DNA from: Azolla caroliniana | Taxonomy: Eukaryota; Plantae; Polypodiophyta | DNA length: 64,000 bases | NCBI GenBank assembly: GCA_043228905.1 | Contig: JBHGNT010000005.1 | Coordinates: 10,044,001 to 10,108,000, forward strand | Direction of reading: 5' to 3' | In this document: piece after piece, positions 13,701 through 24,332 of the stretch | Layout of the letters: the number at the start of each line of letters is the position of its first letter | Position numbering within the stretch: position 1 is the stretch's first letter | Notes under the pieces: model-generated | The model's input: only the letters and a program-made list of their open reading frames with translations | What the model was told of the DNA's origin: nothing | The model's database searches: none | Program-made: the position numbers and the translations under genes

Positions 13701-15987
13701 GGCCAATTGATTCAAGGTAGTAGTGAACAATTACTCAATAGTGATCTCAACTTGTGTGCGAGATGCGGATTGGAGTTGAAAGGTCTCGATCAGAGTGATT
13801 CCTCCAACAATGTTCAAAACTTGTTCCATGATGCAAGCTGTGGGTATGCAATATAAATGAGTTTCAGAAAATACACAAGCAAAATGAATGCTTGAAATTT
13901 TGATTGTAAGAACTTTACCAAGAAAGCATCTCATGTCTTTACCCCTCTAGACATATGAGATGTGATTCGAGATCCGATAACTATGGTAACACTATGGTGT
14001 TTTAAAAAGCATGGGGGAAAACATAGCTAAGATGTCATTCTCGGATCTCTATGTTGAATAATCATGGTGGCTCCCCGAGGCTCAACCATGTTTCTAACAT
14101 CAAAGTAGTTTCCTAGTTAGCCTTATATTAGAATGCCAACCCAACATGTATTGATATGGTCGAGAAAGTGTATTACGTGAAAAAACAAGTGCACTCGCAA
14201 GTAATATTCTAGTCTTGCGAGTAACAAGCAAATGTTATGACAAAAACGATAAAATAAGGCACTACCCATAAGAATCAAACATTGACAAAAACAAGGGTCA
14301 AAAAACCTATGAGTTACCTACTAAAACAAAATGTCACAAATAAATGGATGGTGCGAGGTATGCACATATACATCCCAATATGGTGGTTGTAATTTGCACA
14401 ATTGTGACATAAGCCACAAATTGATACAAGTGGCGGTGGTGTTGTGCACAAAGATGTAGAACTCAAACCTATGAGTAAAACGTCCATAGGGGAACTCATG
14501 TGGTTTTACTCGAGTTCTAAGGCTTGATAATATGAGTTAAACCTAGATGAGCCGTTGAAAAAAATCATACAAAAAACGACATGATGCCCACTCAATATTA
14601 AAAAATAGTCTACATGAATCGTTACACCATTAAACATACGTAAATAGTATAGATGAACTTAAAATAAGGGCAAGAAAGAGAATTAATTGTGGGTGGGTAA
14701 ATGACAATTACTAGAAAATCATGCAAAAGTGAAACGAAAATTTGTGTGATTAGAAATTAATTCAAATAATAATCAATTAGCTGTATGAATCATTAAGCAT
14801 GCCTTACGGTATGAAACCCTAAGGTAGTCGACATGCACCTCCTCAAGACCACCACATCTCCCTAAAATCGGCCAATTGATGGCTCAACAAACAGTAAAGT
14901 GGCACAAGTAAGCGACATATACCTCGTTAAGGCCACAACATCCCATAGAATCAGCCAAGTGATGGCTCAATAGAGAGTCGAGTGGCATAGGTAGGCGACA
15001 TACACCTCGTCAAGACCACAACATCCCATAGAATCAGCCAAGTGATGGCTCAATAAAGGGAAGAGTGGCATACTCAACATCATATGCAAAAGGGCCATGA
15101 GGTGAGTGTGTGCGATTAGGGCAAACACGCTCGACCCGATGCACAAGAATAATTATTATCGTAAGAGATGGCTCAAGAGAGGGGAGAGTGGGAGATACAT
15201 CGCAATATGTGAAAGGGCCATGAGTTGAGCGTCTGCAATTAGTGCAAACACGCTCGACCTGATGCATAAGTAGATTAATATCGTATGATGGTAGAAAGAA
15301 GAAAGAAAAGAAAAGAAAATGTAATACCCTTTCAATATGACCAAGAAGAAAGCATCATAGAACAAAAAAGAGAGATTGACAAAGAAAAATACCAGGTTAA
15401 GAATGTTGTTTTGATCCTATGAAGAGCACGACGAGCCTTGTTAGATCCCCATCGCTCATACGCAAAAAACATCAAAACAACAAAAAAAATTGTTAGTAAA
15501 TGCTCTGATACCACTGTTAAGAGTCTATTACTAATCAATAGACCAAAGTGAAGTAAAAGAAGGAAAATAGAATGGATAGAAGAACCCGTTCCACCCGACC
15601 ACCCCCGAGCTATGATCTAGACATAGCCAACCTACCACCGACATCCCATACCGCTAGATATTAGGATGACTAATACCTTGGAAGAGATAAACATGATCGT
15701 CGAGACGAAAGCTTAGCCTGCACCATCAGTGTCTAAGACAGTAGCCTTCCGACGTAATGTGATTATGAGGGTAGCTAAACCTCATATTTATACCTTTTCC
15801 TAGGCCCCTTGAATAGATGTGCCTTTCTAAAAGGCCCTCCATTCATTGGTTGTCCAAATCATGATAGTGCATGCACTTATCATTCCTTCTATCCAATCAT
15901 TAGTCCCCTTTTTAATATTAGTGAACATACCCTTCACTAATGTAAATATTGGTTACCTACCCGTACCAACGTTATGTGTACATTACA
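10757..15987 (-). mobile_element. Chromovirus Gypsy element with RNase H/integrase core deleted
   Basis: Paired 473-bp LTRs 10757-11229 and 15515-15987; perfect Met-i PBS TGGTATCAGAGC 15502-15513; PPT 11230-11247; decayed TSD CCGGT/TTGGT; protease FLFDSGSSHNF; [18 protein letters not shown]; GPY/F-like KLTPRYCDPF. Confidence 0.93.
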
Positions 15988-16228
15988 TTGGTTTTCGGTT
16001 CTCACCGGCTCTGTTCATTCATCACCGGATCCCATCTGGAGGGACTGATTTCCCAACAATTCCCCCCTTCACTCTGGCATGGGATGTCTCGTTAGCCTGA
16101 TCCACTTTCAGCACGTTGTCGTGTTATTACGCGCGTGCATGTAGAAGGGGCGGAACCACGGGGGTCTCAGACAAGGGAGGAAGGGATGCCGAGAAGCCGA
16201 TTCCGGACACGTCCTAGAGGCAACCGAG

Positions 16229-16291
<63 letters not shown>

Positions 16292-18009
16292 AAAGAGAGA
16301 GATAGCATGCGCGCGTCATCGACTCTTATGCACAGGGAACAAGGGCTATGCTCCTAACACCGCCAAATACACCAATATGCACAAAACAGATCTGGGTATA
16401 TACATTACAAGGGAAAAGATACAACCCCGGCTTCGAGTCGGGCTACGCTCAGAAGAAAATAAGCTAACCCTAACAGAGCTTTGCCGCCATGGCTACGGCA
16501 CCCAACTTCTCAAGAAGGAGGAGAAGAAGAAAAACAGGTACATACCCTTTAAGAGTTACTAACCCTAGAAACTCTTAAAGGAAAACCCTCCACAAAATGG
16601 TATACCCTTACGACTCAAAATGGGCAACCCCTCAACAAGGGACCCCTCCCTCCTTTTATAGACCAAGGAGGGGAGGGTGTTACAATGTGGGACAAATACT
16701 CCCCTTTATTCTATACATCGTTTCCTACTATACATGTGCACACGTCGCACACCACCGACTTGCCCTATTCCACCCCGGTTTCACACTATAGCAGGAAATC
16801 TTCACGATATCCACCCCCACCAAACTACACATCCACCGGTATGTGCCATGAGGGAAAAAGGGTGAGAGATATTGGCGACAATGATTAACCGGGTCCTCCG
16901 CCTTACCGGGACCCGTCCGTCTCGCCGACTCGTTACCAGCCCTGATCCTCCGGCTCCATCCGATCCACTGCATCCGACGTTCGCTCCTTCCTCCCCCGAT
17001 TGGTTCTCCTGAACACCCCTGGTCACTTCGGTTGTTCGCCGGATTCCGCTCCTTGCGTGCCGCGCATGTCCCTCCGTTGGTTCTTCCTGTGTGCCATGTG
17101 GTGTTTCCTGCCTTCCTTGTTCGGCACCGCCTGTGCCGAACGCCCTCCCATACTCGTGCTTGCTTCTGCCCTCGATGGCCACTCGCACGTCTCTAGTTCC
17201 GCTCCGCTTACCCCTCATCGGCTTCCTTCCGAAATCATAACCAGCCGGTAAGTGTTCGACCCTCGTCAACTCCGGCCTTGCCGGCTCCTGGTCCGCTCTT
17301 CCTGCATCGTCGATTCTCGTTTCCTGCCGCGACCATCTTTCTCACTCGGTCTCACGTTGCCATGTCGGCTTGAACTGCCAGTGTCTCCGGATTGGTGTGA
17401 GGATCCCATAGGACCGGTCTTTCTTTCCCTTCTCCCGCCTTCTGCGTTGTCTTCCGACTGGGTCGGTTCCTGACTCTCCCTTTATTTCTTGCTAGAAGGC
17501 CCGGTTTCGGTTAGTGGTCGGCTTGCCGTCCCTTTTGCTTGATCCCATTCTCCTGCCGCCACCATCCTTCTCACTCGGTCTCACATTGCCACGTCGGCTT
17601 GAACTGCCGGTGTCTTCAGATCGGTGTGAGGATCGCCGTAGAACACGTTCGAGTTCACAAGTGGAAGGATCGCGCATAAATGGAAGGATAAGGAAAATTT
17701 TGGTTGATTTTAGGGCTTTTTCAATGATTTTACAAAACACATTGATACCAATATCATACATGTTCAAACATACTATGAAAAAGGTTAAAAATCCACTATT
17801 TTCATGATTTAGAAGTAACTAAAAAAAGAGGAATTTCAAAAAGTTACATTCTCAATTTATATCACAAACTTTACAACCAATGTTATTTTATAAGAAACGA
17901 TTTTTTAGAAATCATAAGAATTCAAAACACATGCTTTTATATTACTTGATTTGTTACAAGCGGAATGTATTTACACTTAATAGACAAAAATACATTCATG
18001 ATATTTCCT

Positions 18010-20804
18010 TTACGGAGAATCACTACTATAACTAATATACAATGACGATTCCTCCTCGTCATCCTCGGATGTACCAATCAGTGCATTATCTTTGTCATAA
18101 ACCAAATGGTTTGACCCTAGATTATATTAGCAGATCTCGTTTGCCTTTGACTCAAGCCACCTTGTAGACCTGCTAATTTTTCTTTTATTATATCTATTGT
18201 TGACTTCCTTAATCGTCCGGCTTTTGTAAGTGTGAATTCGTACACGATGATATCCACATCAGAGATATCAAGGGTAGAGGTGTTACAAATGTTTTGCTTC
18301 CTCTTCCTACCTCCCCTTCTTGGTGAGCATTCAATCATCTCCAATGTATAGTTACCTGTAAAAGCATTTGCACTTCTAGTGTTGTACCAATGAACGTTTA
18401 TAGACTTGATAGTGTTTTCTATTTCATGCATTAGCACTAAGTCTAGAATTTTACCAACCCAAAATTGGTGGCCATGTGAATTCTCATCAACCGGCGTTGC
18501 AATCAACATCCCCGCCATGAGCTCTTGCAAATTGCCTTGCCATCTAGCTTCGGTTGGTTTGGTCATCCTTGGCCCACATAAATGTCTCTTTGTTGTGGAT
18601 GGACCAAACTGTCATTAATCGCATTTGCTGGTTGCTCCAGAATTCTATTTACACGATCGTGTTGCAGCGACCATGTGAATGGCGTTTCCAAATTCCAATT
18701 ATCACCAAATACACAATTATCTATAATTCCTTTCTGATCACTATAAAATACATCCCACCATGACGTGTCTTGTTGTGCGGCATATTTCTTGGTGGCCTCA
18801 ATATGCTTTCTTTTTTCTTCTAAGACTTGGAGCCATAACCGTTTTTGTTCCGATACCAAGTCACTCTACAACTATCCTTTCTTCTCAATTGGCATTTGCT
18901 TAGCTCCATGGACAATTGTACTTGGCATACAAGGTAATAACTGGCAACCACCTTCAGGTTCCCATGTTGTAGAAGATGAATATTGTTTAGCATACAAAAG
19001 TGTAGAACCACTTATTTCATTTTTCTTTATCATAAAAATGTGATTGAAGCTTATATTGTTTAACTGGGCAAGCACTTTAACATTCCCAACACCCCCATCT
19101 AATATATATCTCTTAAAGTCATATACCTCCTTCAAGTGTAACACTTTTGGGCGTGGTGTATATGCATCACAAATGGCATCAAATAGTTTAGGTAATGTGA
19201 AAGCATCATGCCGAGACAACTGTCTAGAGAATGTGCTAAATATCTGATCTATATGATCATGTGTGTGGCCAACCAAAAGAAAATTGACTTTCACTTTCCT
19301 AAACAATCCTTGGTTGACCAACATACTTAGATAGCCAAACACAGTTGAATTTTTGTTCTCTCTAGCAGTATTGTCCAATTGAATGTATAGAACAGGGAGG
19401 AAAGGTTGGCCCCAAGACATCAAAACTCGGTGAATCATTATAACTGTTAGGTTAGGGTCACTGTGAACATTGGGGTATGTAATGAAGACGTGAGGTCCAA
19501 AAGACCTATTATAAGCCAAGCATCCCACCAAGTGTATTTGAACAAGGCACTCATCATTGACGTCTTTGGGGAGCCTCCGCATATGCGGCAAGCACGTCTT
19601 CTTCTAGTCCATGCCATCTATCATTAAGCACATGTATTGTTCGGGCCTCTTCAAACACTTCTCTCTATGATGCATCGCCTTCTTTCGTTCTAACGATTGT
19701 GCCTCACGATGCTCTTGTAGTAACTTCTTACTCATATCCTTTTCCATTGATTATTTTGCACCTTTAGCCAAACTTTTAAGATTTGCACAAATGGAGCAAT
19801 AACCCATGCGTACTTCACGTGGAATGATAACTTGCACAAATGGAGCTCTCCATAATCTTGTGAATTGGCTATATGTGACAGACTTATTACATGAGCCCAC
19901 TATATCAGATCGATAAACATCATAAACTTCCCGATGTGTGTAATTATCAAAAAGGTGCATCCTACCTGTAGTGGGAATTACTTCACAATTTAACTAAAAG
20001 TAAGTTTTCATCCAACCAATAGCATGTCTTCCAATTGCACCTTTCATACTTGGAACCTCTTTACAATTGAGCATCTGATCCCCGCTAAGTAGATGTTGTT
20101 GTACTCTATGTAGCCTCATGTTACTAACACATAACGCAATTTTGAATACAACTCTACATATCTGTTGCGCATGGAAGATATAATACTCGAATGATACTTT
20201 GATCCCCGTACATTTGTCAGACACTAGTTGCATATGTGACCCGAGGTAAGTGTCTTGCTCATCACCAGTCATCGAAAAATAGTATCGCCTTAATTCTCAC
20301 AGCTTTGATTTTCCAATCATAGACATACAACCACGAGCACAACATATTTTTTTGACATCAAATCCAATCTGTTTATCTAATGTCACCAACTTAAATCTAG
20401 CCAGATGAATTCTTCGTGGGATTCTTCTAATATGCATAGGGCTTCTAGATTTCTCTTCCTGCATAGAAGTTGGTGTAACCTTGTTACTATCCAATTCTTT
20501 GTTGTGACCATTGCCCATGATATTCGATGTTTCATTGGCACTACCTTCATTCTCCGTATCTTTATTAATATCGTATTCTTCAATAGAGAACTCTTCACAT
20601 GTGTCATTATTCACATTCATTGTAGGTGAAGATGAGGTCAGACAATACTCTTCGATAGAATATGGTGAGTCTGTCGACAAACAATATTCTTAAATAGAAA
20701 ATGGTGAGTCTGTCGACAAACAATATTCTTCGGTAGAAAACGAAGAGTCTGATGATTGTAAACAATATTCTTCAATCGAGAACGGTGAATCTTCCTTCAC
20801 TCAT
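18010..20804 (-). pseudogene. DDD transposase, Sola-like (DUF7869-type), disrupted
   Basis: IDGMD*KKTCLP (about 19590-19625), YIQLDNTARENKN, NFLLVGHTHDHIDQIFS, upstream CSIC; broken by stops and frameshifts; the family label is from motif memory. Confidence 0.82.
20635..20795 (-). repeat. 39-bp coding tandem repeat (about 4x DSPFSIEEYCLST) in the transposase N-terminus
   Basis: Repeated AAACAATATTCTTC..GGTGAGTCTGTCGAC units. Confidence 0.85.
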
Positions 20805-21487
20805 GGCTTGAGGTCTAGACAGATCTCTTTAAGTTATGTGCTTAGGCTAAGGCAAAAAACTAATAAGCTCCTCTCTAAACATAAACTTCTCTCAAAACAT
20901 AAACTTCTCTCAAAACATAAACTCCTCTCTAAACAGAAGCTCCCTCAATATAATGTCTATATTATTTAATATTATATTAATACAATACATAAAAAATATT
21001 ATTTTTAATATAGTAATTGTATTTAACATACTAATAATTACTTAAACTAGTCTATATGAAGTTAAATCAAATATAATATAATTACAATCATTACCAAGCC
21101 ATATATATGTTGGATTAAAGTTAAAATCATTGGTTAATTAAAGGCACCCATATAGAACTTCTCAGTCATTGGTTCATTAATGCCCACCATTTTAAATATA
21201 AGACTTTTCAATCATTGGTTCATTCATGCCCACATCTTTAATACAAAGCAATTAAGAGTCATAAAAATGTTGATTTTAGTAATCAATCATTGTTTCCTTC
21301 ATGACCTTCAAAGTCATTGTAATTTATTTTGACTAAAGAATATTCATCAATACGTTAGTTTGACTTTGTAATCATTAATGCAATCATAATTTACTCAGGT
21401 TAATGTGACTGTGGTTACTAACTAACCTCACGCTTGCCAACCCTGGTTAAGTTGACTGTGGTTACTTTAACCACTGTGGTCAATCCC

Positions 21488-21495
21488 TATAAATA
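21488..21495 (+). promoter_or_regulatory. TATA box of the ParB-methyltransferase gene
   Basis: CCCTATAAATAG about 100 bp upstream of the ATG at 21593. Confidence 0.7.
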
Positions 21496-21673
21496 GGAAG
21501 ACCTCGTCATATTTCACTCACACGAAACACAAGAACACAGAGCACGGAGCACGATAGCGAGATCTCCGCCTAAAAAAAGACAAATATCAACCATGTCTTC
21601 AAAGAAAATCGAGTGCCAACACTCCAGGTAAGCCTCTGACACTGTGGACATTTTTGTACATATGTTTTAGCAT

Positions 21674-22422
21674 CAGGAACTCGATACGCCATCTCGAGTT
21701 CCTGTATAAAACACAAACAATATACATGAACTCAATACAGTGTATCGAGTTCTTGTGTGATGTTTAGGTTTTATACAAGAACTCGATACGGCATATCAAG
21801 TTCCTCTTTAAAGTTTACGGTTTAAACAGGAACTCGATACGCTGAATCGAGTTCCTGTATTATGTTTGTGTTTTAAACAGGAACTCGATACGCCATATCG
21901 AGTTCCTATATAATGTTTGTGTTTTAAATAGGAACTCGATACGCCGTATCGAGTTCCTATATTTTGTTTGCATTTTAAACAGGAACTCGATACGTCGTAC
22001 GATGTGTCAAGTTCCTGTATAATATGTGTCGTATCGAGTTCCTGTATTATGTTTGCGTTTTAAATAGGAACTCGATACGCTGTATTGAGTTCCTGTATAA
22101 TGTTTGTGTTTTAAAAAGGAACTCAATACGCTGTATCAAGTTCCTGTATAATATTTCTGTTTTATATAGGAACTCGATACGGCGTATCGAGTTCCTGTTT
22201 AAAACGCACACTATATACAAGAACTCGATACGGTGTATCGAGTTCCTATACACAGTTTATATTTTCCTATATATAGTGTGTGTTTTAAACAAGAACTCGA
22301 TACACTGTGTCAAGATCCTGTGTTATGTAACTCCTTTACAGAGGAACTCGATACAGCGTATCGAGCTCCTGGATTATGTTTGTGTTTTATACATGAACTC
22401 GATACGGCGTATCGAGTCCTTA
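21674..22422. repeat. Intronic array of about 14 31-bp palindromes, 51-bp period
   Basis: Consensus CAGGAACTCGATACG-N-CGTATCGAGTTCCTG at about 21674, 21725, 21776, 21827, 21878, 21929, 21980, 22065, 22116, 22167, 22218, 22290, 22341, 22392; 20-bp AT-rich spacers. Confidence 0.95.
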
Positions 22423-23869
22423 TATAAAACAAGAACTTGAAAGAGGAAAATTCTGTCTTTGGGGCAACAACTTAGTATTGTGTTAAAAGATATGAAACTT
22501 TCTGTCAAAATCAGTCTTTTTTTAGGGTGATTTGCCTTATTTTGTAAAAAATAGGGGCCTTAATTATAGAGGTTGTATGATCTAGTATAGCTTAAAATAG
22601 TACAAAATAACCCACAAATTACCTTTACGATACCAAATTCAAGTCTATCATATGCAAATTCTTTACAATATGGATATGGAATCAATATAAGCTATACCTG
22701 CCCTTCAAGACAATATATATCCTTGTATACTTATTAAGATATATATTTTCTAAGTTGAATAGCCCTTACTAGAATAGATTTCTGAATATAGGACTACCAT
22801 GTACACTCAATGCATGATTGATATATAAAGTTTACCGCAAATCGCCTGCTAGTTTATTTCTTCATCTAATTATTTGTATTTTAATATACAATCTTAATCT
22901 ACGTGACCACCTAACTTATGTTTTCGCATGTCCTTTCTTAAATAGGTCGTTTTGAGAACTTGTCAGACCGACCTATGAAGAAGATAAAGCTCCGCATACA
23001 AGGTTCTCCAATTGAATCACAGACCCTAATAGCTCCCGAGACCATGAAGAGAGGAAAAAAGCTTCTCTTCAACGAGGAGACAAAATCTCAATCACACATT
23101 GAGGTTAGCCAAAAGAAACTAGAAGCAGCTACTGGAGGTGAAGACCTTCCTGACCGTGATCTAACGAACAAGGAATGGTGTATGCAATACGTCGACACCA
23201 AGAAAAAAGTCGTATTGTATACAACAAAAGAAGAAGGGTGAGGGGCAGCTTGAAAATGAAACCCCATTTATGTATGGCCGTATTCTACAATTTGACTATG
23301 AAGATGCAGATTCGACCAACATACTTGTAATGATAGAGTGCTCTAAGGGGGTACGTAAAGTGTTCATTTCTGAAGATCTTCTAGTAAAGGAATCTTGTGG
23401 GCTAAGATCTTGAAAGCTCACAAAACCTTATTGTTACCTTGAGGCCTTATATACAAGGCCATGTAACTCTAAGGGAGTCATTGCCCTCCCTAGTGAAGGC
23501 CACAAAAAGGGCATCTAAAGTACAATCAAGACCACCAAAATGTCGAACTCCGACTCATCAAGTGAAAACGAAGATGAGGACAGTAAGGGGACGCCAGGAG
23601 CTGAGCTGGCATCGGGTGTGTTGTCATCCGAGCAGAATTAAATACGAAGAGAGTTAATGCAGCGTAAACTGGTCAGGAAAGGGAAAATGTTTAATTTTCC
23701 TATAACACACATCCATCTGCCCCTTATTGATGAAAAAACAAGACGAAGACCACTGGAGATTAGAGAGCCACACCGCATGCATGTTCAAAATCTCAAGAAA
23801 AAAATAAAAATTAATCCTCATGCCAATGTGGTGCCATTTATTGTTATGGTGGATCCTAAAGAATGTGAA

Positions 23870-24332
23870 TGTCAAGACTAAGAGAGAGAAAGAGAGAGAA
23901 AAAGAGATAGAGAGATAATTGAAAGAGAATTATTATATTGAAGCGTAAAATGGATTACAAAGAGTAGGCTACAAAATGGCGTTGAACCAATTTAGGTTTG
24001 GGATGGGTGGTAGATCCCTATTTATAAGTAATAGAGAACACTCTAGAATATTCTAGATTATCCTAGAATGTAGAGTAATCTAGAAGATCTCTAGAGTATT
24101 CTAGAAGGTTCTAGTGGTATAGAACACTCTAGAATATTCTAGGTCATTCTAGAATGTAGAGTAATATAGAATATTCCTATGATATTAGATTTCATATTTT
24201 AGAGACTATATATATAAGAATATTAATACAATGGTTAAGGATTTGACATGTGTACAACAAGGTCGTGGGTTCAAATCCTTTCGAGTGAGTGTCATGATCC
24301 ATTCCATACATGATGTGACTGTTATCATGACA
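23870..24332. mobile_element. Solo LTR inserted in the ParB-like coding region
   Basis: TGTCA..TGACA ends, TSD GTGAA; removing it restores the frame DPKECE|TIEDFNIMKHDQ. Confidence 0.92.

Noticed and set aside
14830-15270. Short degenerate repeats as a separate element
   Set aside because: They lie in the 5' leader of the chromovirus, between PBS and gag.
16232-16290. (AG)n tract and poly-LS ORF
   Set aside because: Ordinary microsatellite within an LTR.
21674-22422. CRISPR array (palindromic repeats with short spacers)
   Set aside because: The spacers are variants of one 20-bp sequence, there are no cas genes, and the context is a eukaryotic intron.
22024-22440. Repeat protein ORFs (RNSIRRIEFLY) on both strands
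   Set aside because: By-product of a 51-bp palindromic unit; it lies in a predicted intron.
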